Assembly: GCA_020635355.1 (NCBI GenBank)
Contig: JACJZW010000001.1
Span: 256,428 to 320,427, forward strand
From: Flavobacteriales bacterium
GTDB lineage: Bacteria > Bacteroidota > Bacteroidia > NS11-12g > UBA9320
Direction of reading: 5' to 3'
Length of the DNA stretch: 64,000 nt
Shown here: positions 56,701 to 64,000 of the stretch, piece by piece
How the letters are laid out: the number at the start of each line of letters is the position of its first letter
How positions within the stretch are numbered: position 1 is the stretch's first letter
The notes under the pieces: generated by a model
Databases searched by the model: none
The model's input: the letters and a program-made list of their open reading frames with translations, nothing else
What the model was told of the DNA's origin: nothing
Translations under genes and position numbers: made by a program

Positions 56701-56785
56701 TGTGAAACCAGGAGGTATCCACCTGAGCCTGAACGGTTAACAGACCAATCGTACAGACTGTAAGAACTGAAGTTAAAATGCGCAT
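53759..56785 (-). CDS. Secreted BNR/Asp-box repeat beta-propeller protein (sortilin/VPS10-like) with about 200-aa C-terminal helical extension
   Basis: Start taken at MRILTSVLTVCTIGLLTVQAQ. Many S-x-D-G-G-x-(S/T)-W Asp-box motifs (SNGGHSW, SVDAGKTW, SEDGGSSW, SDDGGDTW, STDGGKSF, SHDGGNSW, SADYGDTW). The C-terminus is coiled-coil-like. Confidence 0.65.
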   Translation of the reverse strand: MRILTSVLTVCTIGLLTVQAQVDTSWFHNLSYRSIGPNRGGRCAAVCGSTLDRDLFYMGTTGGGVWKTSNGGHSWTNISDTYFGGSIGSVELAPSDENVIYVGQGEETLRGNVSSGEGVWRSVDAGKTWRFMGLKESRHIPRMAVHPKNADVVMAAVLGDLFTDSEMRGIYRSEDGGSSWKKVLDNGKKAGANDIVFDPFNHRNVFASTWEVRRSPYDFSSGGKGSALWRSRDEGKTWQNISKNPGLPEGLLGKITLAPSRAKKDLIYAMVEHASQGGLYRSDDGGDTWKLVNSSAEIRQRSWYFSRVTADPKDPETVYVMNVRFQKSTDGGKSFKPVYTPHVDHHQLWIDPQDAKRMIVANDGGGQVSYNGGGSWTSYHNQPTEQFYRVTTDNHVPYRIYGAQQDNSTMRVDHLTGQWESTAGGESATIAPDPLNPEIVYAGSYGGYLTRRNHRTGDNRGINVWPDNPLGYGAEGMKYRFQWNFPLFFSPHDSTRLYAASNHLHVSHDGGNSWKMISPDLTTNDPEKLKASGGPITKDNTGVEYYCTIFAVVESELEPGLIYTGSDDGLVYRTKDNGANWNAITPPKMPKGLMINQIECDPFEKGHVYVVATGYKMGDNHPYIYVSADYGDTWKLCTKGLPENHFTRTLRCDKSVRGLCYAGTERGMYISYNNGEQWQPFQLNLPIVPITDLCQRDDDLIVATQGRGFWMIDDLSAVRKAGKTMPDGSRIVNANGDFICHGSKAGLSFYLSDSIKPSDTFMVDVFSSDGKRVRSWAMKGSGQDTSAFKPQKGMNYLDWNLRYPKAYVPSGMILWAGRTGGPTAAPGIYKFRLTVGDRTFEKTFELKHNPMDEGSAQDAREKFAFQMEVITALDSAHRSLDAMATTSAQINDLLKKHSELSKTDSLQLLGKAIQSELDSLRNDIYQTKLRSEQDPINYPIKLNNKLAHVNMLVSMGTYGPTTQAVQLKNELLSELSARLDRYEAMKANEIRRFNQMLLDRRINYIVPK

Positions 56786-57363
56786 AATGCCTGATATAAA
56801 GATCGAAGGGGCAAGCCCATCACGTTGTAATAACATCCTCTAATTCCTTTGATTCCCACATAACCAATCCATTCCTGTATGCCGTATGCTCCGGCCTTGT
56901 CCAAGGGTTTAAATGTGTCCACGTAGAAATCTACCATTTCTGGGGGAAGTGGATCAAAACTCACCTGAGTATACTCGCTGAAGGCGTGCTGTTTGTCAAG
57001 CGTACGAAGGCAAACTCCGGTAATCACGGTGTGTTCCTCACCGGATAGTCGGTGAATCATGCTTTTGGCCGCGTCTTCATCCTCCGGTTTATTGATGATC
57101 GCGTCGCCTAGAATCACCACGGTATCCGCGGTGATCAGCAGCTCATTGGGCTGCAGATTGGCGTAAACATTGGACTTTCTCACCGCCAGGTGCTCGGCAA
57201 CCTCATTAATCGGCATATCGGCAGAAAACGATTCATCCGCATCAATGCTGATTTGCTTGAATTCAATGCCCAGTCCTCCCAAAAGCTGTCGGCGTCGTGG
57301 CGATGCCGATCCCAGCACGTACTCACAATCCGGTAGTCCCGGAATGGTATTGGATTTCACCAT
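56773..57363 (-). CDS. maf: Maf-family nucleoside triphosphate pyrophosphatase (septum-formation protein Maf)
   Basis: 196 aa with YVLGSASPRRRQLL and ITADTVV motifs. Confidence 0.85.
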   Translation of the reverse strand: MVKSNTIPGLPDCEYVLGSASPRRRQLLGGLGIEFKQISIDADESFSADMPINEVAEHLAVRKSNVYANLQPNELLITADTVVILGDAIINKPEDEDAAKSMIHRLSGEEHTVITGVCLRTLDKQHAFSEYTQVSFDPLPPEMVDFYVDTFKPLDKAGAYGIQEWIGYVGIKGIRGCYYNVMGLPLRSLYQALCAF

Positions 57364-57456
57364 CCTTCAAATCAAACCATTCTGTACTTCATTCGCAACC
57401 TTCTTGATGATAACCGGCAATAGGTATTTCATCTCTTTGCGGCTAATATTGCAGCC

Positions 57457-58224
57457 ATGTCGTTGAAGTTAAATCGCCCATTAATTGTATTCGATCTGGA
57501 GACCACCGGAATCCAAATCACCCACGACCGGATCATTGATATTTATCTGATTAAAGTTGATCCTGCCGGCAACGAAACAACGTGGTATAAACGACTAAAC
57601 CCCCAAATGCCTATTCCTGCAGAGGCAACAGCCGTGCATGGAATTTCAAATGATGATGTGGCGAACTGCCCTACTTTTTCGGATGTTGCCAATGAGTTGA
57701 ATCAGTTCATTGGTCAGGCTGATTTTGGTGGATTCAACTCCAACCGATTTGATTTCCCGATGCTGGTTCAGGAATTTTATCGGGCTGGGATCGATTTCGA
57801 AACCGAGAAGCGAAAGTTCCTTGATGCCCAACGAATATTTCACATCAAGGAACCCCGGAATTTAACCGCTGCTTATGCCTTTTACTGCAACGGAAATCTG
57901 GAAGATGCCCACTCAGCCAAAGCCGATACCGAGGCTACCTGGGAAGTGATTAAGGCACAGCTAAACCGATATACCGATCTGGAACCAACCGTAGACTTCC
58001 TGCACCGATTCAGCGGTCAGGATGAACTGGTGGATCTGGCCGGACGAATCAGACGAAATCCGCAAGGAGAACCCATTTTTGCCTTTGGCAAACACAAGGG
58101 AAGAACCGTTCGCAGTGTGTTTGAAAAGGAACCCTCCTACTTTGACTGGATGATGAATGGCGATTTCCCGGAAAATACGAAACGGGTGATTACCCGCCTC
58201 CGGTTGTCCTTCAAGAATAGTTAA
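57457..58224 (+). CDS. DEDDh-family 3'-5' exonuclease domain protein
   Basis: 255 aa with Exo I motif LIVFDLETTG, Exo II (NSNRFDFPML) and Exo III (HSAKADTEA). Confidence 0.75.
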   Translation: MSLKLNRPLIVFDLETTGIQITHDRIIDIYLIKVDPAGNETTWYKRLNPQMPIPAEATAVHGISNDDVANCPTFSDVANELNQFIGQADFGGFNSNRFDFPMLVQEFYRAGIDFETEKRKFLDAQRIFHIKEPRNLTAAYAFYCNGNLEDAHSAKADTEATWEVIKAQLNRYTDLEPTVDFLHRFSGQDELVDLAGRIRRNPQGEPIFAFGKHKGRTVRSVFEKEPSYFDWMMNGDFPENTKRVITRLRLSFKNS

Positions 58225-58226
58225 GC

Positions 58227-59711
58227 ATGAAAAACGATACCGTTGAAATTGGGGGCTACATCAAACCGGCCGAGTTATTTGACCTGGCTCAATCCGGATT
58301 ACACGTAGCCTTAACGGATGAAGCTCAGTCCCGAACGCTGGCTTGCTATACCTTCGTTCACGACAAGATAAAACGATCAGACCGCCCCATCTACGGTGTC
58401 AATACGGGATTTGGATCCTTGTGTAACACAGTGATCAATCACGACGATCTGGAAAAATTGCAGGAAAACCTCCTGCTTTCTCATGCCTGCGGCATGGGTG
58501 ATGAAGTGCCGGATGAGGTGGTTAAACTGATGTTGCTTACGAAGGTGTTGTCTCTGTCCAAGGGGCACTCCGGGGTACAACCGGAAACCATTCACCATCT
58601 GATGGACTTGTTCAACACGAATCGTTTACCGGTTATTTATGAACAAGGATCATTGGGAGCATCCGGTGATTTAGCCCCACTCGCCCATTTGGCGCTTCCA
58701 CTCATTGGACGGGGCTCCTGGAAGGTGGATGGACATAAATCTCACCTGACACATCGGCCATTTCCGGATTTTCATCTTCAGGCCAAGGAAGGTCTGGCAT
58801 TAATCAATGGAACCCAATTCATGTTATCCTACGGGATCTGGTGTACGGTTCAGGCGATCCGACTAACCTCGATTGCCAATCAAATTGCTGCCATGAGCGC
58901 AGATGCCTTTGATTGCAGGATAGATCCCTATCTGGCTCAAAGCCACCGAATACGAAACCAAAAAGGACAGCAATCCTGCGCCGAAGAACTCTTTGAAGCC
59001 TTACAGGGAAGTGAGTTAATCAGTCGGGAAAAACAGCACGTTCAGGATCCATATAGTTTCCGATGTGTGCCTCAGGTTCACGGTGCCAGCCTGGACGTAT
59101 TTACGCATGCCGAGCGCATTTTTGAAGATGAATTGAATGCCGTTACGGATAACCCGAATGTTTTTCCGGAAGATGACCTGATTCTTTCAGCTGGTAATTT
59201 TCATGGTCAGCCACTGGCGCTTCAACTCGACGCAGTGGCGATGGGTTTGGCTGAATTGGCTAGCATTTCGGAGCGACGTATTTATAAGCTGATTTCCGGT
59301 GAGCGCGGATTACCGGCGTTCCTGACACCCAATCCCGGGTTGAATAGCGGTTTTATGATTCCGCAATACACGGCGGCTTCCATCGTGAGCCAAAATAAGC
59401 AGCTATCGACGCCAGCCTCCATCGACAGTATTGTTAGCAGCAATGGTCAGGAAGATCATGTGAGTATGGGTGCCAACGCAGCCACCAAATGTTATCGGGT
59501 GTTGGAGAATGCCATTTCGGTTCTTTCCATTGAGTTGATGTGTGCTGCTCAGGCGCTGGAAATGCGACGGCCGGCAAAATCATCCGTTTCATTGGAAACC
59601 ATTTACAGTCTGCTTCGAGAGCACGTTCCATTTATTTCCAGTGATGTGTACATGCACGAATTGATGATGAAAAGCCGTGAAGTGCTCAAAACACAACTGC
59701 TGAATCGCTGA
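58227..59711 (+). CDS. hutH: Histidine ammonia-lyase
   Basis: 494 aa with MIO-forming GSLGASGDLAPLAHL. Confidence 0.9.
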   Translation: MKNDTVEIGGYIKPAELFDLAQSGLHVALTDEAQSRTLACYTFVHDKIKRSDRPIYGVNTGFGSLCNTVINHDDLEKLQENLLLSHACGMGDEVPDEVVKLMLLTKVLSLSKGHSGVQPETIHHLMDLFNTNRLPVIYEQGSLGASGDLAPLAHLALPLIGRGSWKVDGHKSHLTHRPFPDFHLQAKEGLALINGTQFMLSYGIWCTVQAIRLTSIANQIAAMSADAFDCRIDPYLAQSHRIRNQKGQQSCAEELFEALQGSELISREKQHVQDPYSFRCVPQVHGASLDVFTHAERIFEDELNAVTDNPNVFPEDDLILSAGNFHGQPLALQLDAVAMGLAELASISERRIYKLISGERGLPAFLTPNPGLNSGFMIPQYTAASIVSQNKQLSTPASIDSIVSSNGQEDHVSMGANAATKCYRVLENAISVLSIELMCAAQALEMRRPAKSSVSLETIYSLLREHVPFISSDVYMHELMMKSREVLKTQLLNR

Positions 59712-60332
59712 TCAGATCCAGCCTTCTACAGCGGTAGGGCGACGTTTGATGTAGGTTCGGTTCACAAGGACGTGTGTACCTAAATCCGCGACCGTTTTCA
59801 ACGCAACAAAAATCAAAAAGGCATTCAGAATACCTGTGGTATCGGTATTAAAACCCATCATAATGAGCAGGTGCATCGGGACAATTCGGATGTACGGTTG
59901 AAACATCAAGGAACCCGGTGCTTTCTTTTCTGCTATGTCCTTCTTCACGTCTGAGAACAGCGACATGAGCATATTTACCGCCATAAACAAGAGCAAACCT
60001 CCGATAAGTTTAAAGTCCCATTCTCCGGGTAAATCTGCTGCGATCACAAAAATGAAGATGAAGTAGACCAAGTGAAAGCCGCCATAGTGAATCGCAAAGA
60101 AAATCGGCATTCCGAACCGCCCTTTGACACCGGGATTTCGAAAGGCAATCACCACCATTCGAATGAAGTATTGAAACCCAATTAGTACACTCTGGAGGTA
60201 ATAGGCAATCACCACGGTGCGCGCACTGGCCTCATCGGCATAATAGGTAACCAACAGAAAAAGGTTAAACACCACGATGGCCCAGAATTCGGGATCGCGG
60301 AAGATGTTTTTTATGGAACGATTACCAGACAA
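59712..60332 (-). CDS. Polytopic membrane protein of unknown function
   Basis: 206 aa with about 6 TM helices. No motif recognised. Confidence 0.4.
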   Translation of the reverse strand: MSGNRSIKNIFRDPEFWAIVVFNLFLLVTYYADEASARTVVIAYYLQSVLIGFQYFIRMVVIAFRNPGVKGRFGMPIFFAIHYGGFHLVYFIFIFVIAADLPGEWDFKLIGGLLLFMAVNMLMSLFSDVKKDIAEKKAPGSLMFQPYIRIVPMHLLIMMGFNTDTTGILNAFLIFVALKTVADLGTHVLVNRTYIKRRPTAVEGWI

Positions 60333-60472
60333 ATTGAACTATTGACACAAATTTACTGTCGAAATGACAGAATCAAACCGACGATTTTTCCAACATCCGG
60401 ATTGGTCTGCCATTTGAGGAACGCCGGTCAGAAACATATAAGCCTTAAAGGCTTTCCAATGACGTATACACT

Positions 60473-62287
60473 ATGGCAATAAAAGGTAAAGTATCGGTTA
60501 ATACCGAAAACATCTTCCCCATTATCAAGAAGTTCCTCTACACGGATCATGAAATTTTCTTGCGTGAGTTGATTTCCAACGCGGTGGATGCCACCCAAAA
60601 GTTGAAAGTCTTCGCCAGTAAAGGAGATGCAGTGGGTCAGATGGAAGATCTGAAGATCACCGTAAAGCTTGACGAAGAGAAGAAAACCCTTACGATTTCT
60701 GACAATGGAATTGGGATGACTGAGGAAGAAATAGACAAATACATCAATCAGATTGCCTTTAGTGGCGCAGAAGAATTTGTCGAGAAATTCAAGGACGATA
60801 CGGAGAGCGCCAACATTATTGGCCATTTTGGCTTGGGATTCTATTCCTCCTTTATGGTGGCCGACACCGTGGAAATAGACACCCTGAGCTACCGGGATGA
60901 AGCCAAACCCGCCCACTGGCATTGTTCGGGCACCACCGACTTTAAAATCACACGAGGTAAGCGTAAAAAGCGCGGGACCGACATCATTCTGCACATCAAT
61001 GATGATTCCGATGAATTCCTCAAGTCTTACAGAATCAAGGAGTTATTAAACAAATACTGTAAATTCCTTCCGGTTGAAATCGAGTTTGAAGACACCATCA
61101 TAAACGATACAAAACCACTGTGGAAGAAATCGCCTTCGGATCTTACCGAAGAGGATTACAAGGAATTCTACTCCAAGCTCTACCCGATGGCGGAACCACC
61201 GTTGTTTTGGATCCACCTGAATGTCGATTATCCGTTTAACCTAACTGGTGTCTTGTATTTCCCAAAGATCAAGAAGGATATTGACCCCAATCGGAATAAA
61301 ATTCAACTCTACTCCAATCAGGTATATGTGACGGATAATGTTGAAGACATTGTTCCCGAATACCTGATGCTTCTTCACGGGGTGATTGATAGTCCGGATA
61401 TTCCATTGAACGTTTCCCGAAGTGCCTTACAGGCCGATGGAAATGTGAAGAAAATTACGAGTCACATCAGCAAGAAAGTGGCTGATAAGCTCAATGAACT
61501 TCGCAAAGCAGATGAGGCCGATTATGAAGCCAAATGGGCCAATATCAGTTTGTTTGTGAAGTACGGAATGATCAGCGATCAGAAGTTTTATGATCGGGTG
61601 AAGGATATCTGCCTGCTCAAAACAACCGATGAAACCTACGAGGTGATGGACGCTTTTGTGGATCGGGTGAAGGGAAATCAAACCGATAAGAACGGAACCA
61701 CCGTGTTGTTGTACGCCACCGACGCCGAGGCTCAATACAGCTACATTCATAAAGCCAAGGATCGGGGATATGATGTTCTCCTGATGGATGAAATCATTGA
61801 CAACCACTTCATTTCCAATATCGAACAAAAGTTGGAAAAGGTTATGTTGAAGCGTGTGGATGCGGATACCGTCCATAAATTGATTGAGAAAGACGAATCC
61901 AACGAATCGGTTTTGAGCGAAGAGGAATTGACTACGCTCAAAACACAATTTGAAGCGGTGGTAAACAATGAGAAATTTGACGTACAAACTGCCGTGAGCA
62001 CAGTGGAAGACGATTTCCTAACCCTCACGCGCTCGGAGTGGGAACGTCGGATGAGTGAAATGGGTTCCATAGGCGGAATGGCCATGTTTGGGGCTATGCC
62101 CGAAAAATATACCGTATCGGTGAACACCAATCACCCGTTGGCCAAGAAGGTCTTGGAGCTGGATGACGATCATCGGTCCGTACTCATCAACAATGCCCTT
62201 GACCTGGCGAAGCTTCAACAGAATTTGTTAAAAGGAAAAGACCTGGATGCATTTATCAAACGGCAAACAGCAGCCTTGGACGTCTAA
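60473..62287 (+). CDS. htpG: Molecular chaperone HtpG (Hsp90)
   Basis: 604 aa with GHKL ATPase N-domain (IFLRELISNAVDA; GIGMTEEE; GHFGLGFYSSFMVAD). Confidence 0.95.
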   Translation: MAIKGKVSVNTENIFPIIKKFLYTDHEIFLRELISNAVDATQKLKVFASKGDAVGQMEDLKITVKLDEEKKTLTISDNGIGMTEEEIDKYINQIAFSGAEEFVEKFKDDTESANIIGHFGLGFYSSFMVADTVEIDTLSYRDEAKPAHWHCSGTTDFKITRGKRKKRGTDIILHINDDSDEFLKSYRIKELLNKYCKFLPVEIEFEDTIINDTKPLWKKSPSDLTEEDYKEFYSKLYPMAEPPLFWIHLNVDYPFNLTGVLYFPKIKKDIDPNRNKIQLYSNQVYVTDNVEDIVPEYLMLLHGVIDSPDIPLNVSRSALQADGNVKKITSHISKKVADKLNELRKADEADYEAKWANISLFVKYGMISDQKFYDRVKDICLLKTTDETYEVMDAFVDRVKGNQTDKNGTTVLLYATDAEAQYSYIHKAKDRGYDVLLMDEIIDNHFISNIEQKLEKVMLKRVDADTVHKLIEKDESNESVLSEEELTTLKTQFEAVVNNEKFDVQTAVSTVEDDFLTLTRSEWERRMSEMGSIGGMAMFGAMPEKYTVSVNTNHPLAKKVLELDDDHRSVLINNALDLAKLQQNLLKGKDLDAFIKRQTAALDV

Positions 62288-62290
62288 ATC

Positions 62291-62734
62291 TTATTCTACC
62301 GAGAGCACCGTTTCGGTTTGTCCTCGGAATTCTACTTGATCGCCTTTGGTGCAGTCCAAAAAGACTTGTGCCAGAGGCGATTGCATGGAGGTGGTGATGA
62401 TGGACTTTCCGTTCACGTTGATCACTCCCATTCCAGGGCCTAGATAGATCACTCGTTTATCGGTGGTAATGAGCGAACCGGATTGTGCCTTTTGGTGTCG
62501 GGCCGACATTGATGGATTTTTCAACATCTGATAGTCCTTCCGTGCCTCACCCAGTTGTCGCTGAATTCGTTCCTGCTCCTGTTGAGCCATTGCACGACCC
62601 GTTTCATACTTGTCGCCCATGGTGCTTTTTTCCTCCGTTTCAATGGACTCCTGAACCTCGTTCAGGTTGGTGGTAAAATCGTCAATGGTAGCCCGGATCC
62701 GATCCAGACAAAACCGAAGCACAGCTTCTTTCAA
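62291..62734 (-). CDS. GreA/GreB-family (Rnk-like) transcription elongation factor homolog
   Basis: 147 aa with an N-terminal coiled-coil and C-terminal FKBP-like region (GDQVEFRGQTETVLSVE). Family call by overall pattern. Confidence 0.5.
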   Translation of the reverse strand: MKEAVLRFCLDRIRATIDDFTTNLNEVQESIETEEKSTMGDKYETGRAMAQQEQERIQRQLGEARKDYQMLKNPSMSARHQKAQSGSLITTDKRVIYLGPGMGVINVNGKSIITTSMQSPLAQVFLDCTKGDQVEFRGQTETVLSVE

Positions 62735-63007
62735 TTTGAATTCAATCTTCTATTTCAAGCTTGAAAACCACCTCATTAGCTATCCGGCTTAAACCGCAAC
62801 AACTCAACTCTACGCGCACAATAAACGATAAAGACTCGCTTATCCGGCCAAGAATTCCTGGATGATTTTCAATTGCGAACATAGCACATTTGGCTATCGA
62901 AGATTTCCAACGTACAAGAATTTTAGATAACATTTTTATCTCGTTTGTGGGATAGAATCACGCCCATCAACCCATCACTAGTTAACTAATCGCGATATTT
63001 GTCCTGC

Positions 63008-64000
63008 ATGAGGTTTCCATCTGATCTTTCTTCCAAACTACCGCAATCGGGTCGGTCCATTTTTTCTGTTATGACCGAACTGGCCAATCGGCATGATGCC
63101 ATCAATCTCGCACAGGGATTTCCCGATTTCCCGCCCAGTTCAGCCATTATGAAGTTGGTGGATGAGGGAATGAAAAAGGGATACAACCAGTATGCTCCCA
63201 TGCCGGGATTACCGGCTCTTCGGGAGATTATTGCCGAAAAAACAGAACGTACCTACGGCGCGAAATATGACCCGGACAAAGAGATTACCGTTGTACCCGG
63301 GGCTACGTTCGGAATATATGCGGCCATCACAGCACTTGTGAAAGAAGGTGATGAGGTGATTGTGATTGAACCAGCCTATGACTGCTATATTCCAGCTATT
63401 GAGTTAAATGGTGGAAAGGCCGTTCGGGTTGAAATGAAATACCCGGATTATCAGGTGGACTGGGGCGAGGTAACGAAGTGCATCAACTTCAAAACCCGTA
63501 TGATCATCATCAATACGCCTCATAATCCAACCGGTAGTTTGCTATCATCGGAATCCATGAAACGATTGGCCCGACTGGTCAACGGAACCGATATCATTAT
63601 TCTGAGTGATGAAGTGTATGAGCACATCATTTTTGATGACGTGCGTCATGAAAGTGCGGCGCGTTATCACGATTTGGCCGAACGCAGTGTTGTAGTTTCT
63701 TCCTTTGGTAAAACCTATCACACCACCGGTTGGAAAATGGGTTATCTCCTGGCGCCTGAGAACATTACGGTAGAATTGAGAAAGGTATACCAATACATGG
63801 TGTTCAGTGCCACCTCTCCCATGCAATATGCCTATGCCGAAATCCTGAAACGACCGGAGACCTACCTTGAGTTAAGCGCGTTTTATCAAGCCAAACGGGA
63901 TACCTTTCGGGATGCACTTCAATCGTCCCCGTTTGATGTGATGCCGTGTGGAGGTTCCTATTTTCAACTATTGGGTTATGACCGAATCACGGATGAAGGT
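63008..64000 (+). CDS. Class I/II PLP-dependent aminotransferase (methionine/aromatic aminotransferase-like), 3' partial; absent from ORF track because it has no in-window stop
   Basis: ATG at 63008 after an in-frame TAA at 62987. MRFPSDLSSKLPQSGRSIFSVMTELANRHDAINLAQGFPDFPP...; PLP-lysine motif SSFGKTYHTTGWKMGY; NTPHNPTG. Confidence 0.8.
   Translation, partial: MRFPSDLSSKLPQSGRSIFSVMTELANRHDAINLAQGFPDFPPSSAIMKLVDEGMKKGYNQYAPMPGLPALREIIAEKTERTYGAKYDPDKEITVVPGATFGIYAAITALVKEGDEVIVIEPAYDCYIPAIELNGGKAVRVEMKYPDYQVDWGEVTKCINFKTRMIIINTPHNPTGSLLSSESMKRLARLVNGTDIIILSDEVYEHIIFDDVRHESAARYHDLAERSVVVSSFGKTYHTTGWKMGYLLAPENITVELRKVYQYMVFSATSPMQYAYAEILKRPETYLELSAFYQAKRDTFRDALQSSPFDVMPCGGSYFQLLGYDRITDEG

Noticed and set aside
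60428-60994. 188-aa minus ORF upstream of and within htpG
   Set aside because: Antisense of the htpG 5' region. Would collide with the htpG promoter.
63545-63826. 93-aa minus ORF
   Set aside because: Antisense to the clearly conserved aminotransferase reading frame (PLP-Lys motif SFGKT) that starts at 63008 and runs off the window.

Overview
The window is a 64 kb chromosomal segment that looks Bacteroidota-derived. The evidence is a fused lpxC-fabZ gene, T9SS C-terminal sorting domains, a PorX-like regulator, TonB-dependent receptor/DUF4249 pairs and TAnnTTTG-type -7 promoter motifs. I call about 57 CDS, 2 tRNAs and several intrinsic terminators, with coding density near 90%. I see no rRNA, CRISPR array, integrase, transposase or phage gene.

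Conserved backbone genes are lpxA (partial), lpxC-fabZ, lpxD, an HD hydrolase, tsaE, gyrA, purD, serA, serC, a DUF1015 gene, fadD, maf, hutH, htpG, rimK and a 3' partial aminotransferase that is absent from the ORF track.

Accessory or unusual content:
- A tightly coupled four-gene operon led by a PorX-like response regulator with a PglZ domain, which also carries a T9SS-cargo M28 peptidase.
- A separate 1168-aa M36 (fungalysin-like) T9SS-cargo peptidase.
- An operon encoding a response regulator, a histidine kinase, a PepSY-like protein and a TonB-dependent receptor, with two more TonB-dependent receptors and a diheme cytochrome c peroxidase nearby.
- An ars locus (arsR, a Cys-tailed DUF6428-like protein, an LMW-PTP-type arsC and acr3) next to tRNA-Arg and a second, ArsC/Spx-family reductase.
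- A heme-oxygenase-like gene co-transcribed with a CDF metal exporter.
- A translationally coupled gene pair: a GCS2-type carboxylate-amine ligase fused to a CBS pair, followed by an AstE/AspA-family deacylase.
- A tandemly duplicated, MITE-like repeat with 16-bp inverted ends directly 3' of tRNA-Ser.

No canonical defence or mobile system is evident. The most novel-looking items are the tRNA-flanking repeat element and the GCS2-CBS/AstE module. All calls are from reading the sequence by eye, and no database search was run.
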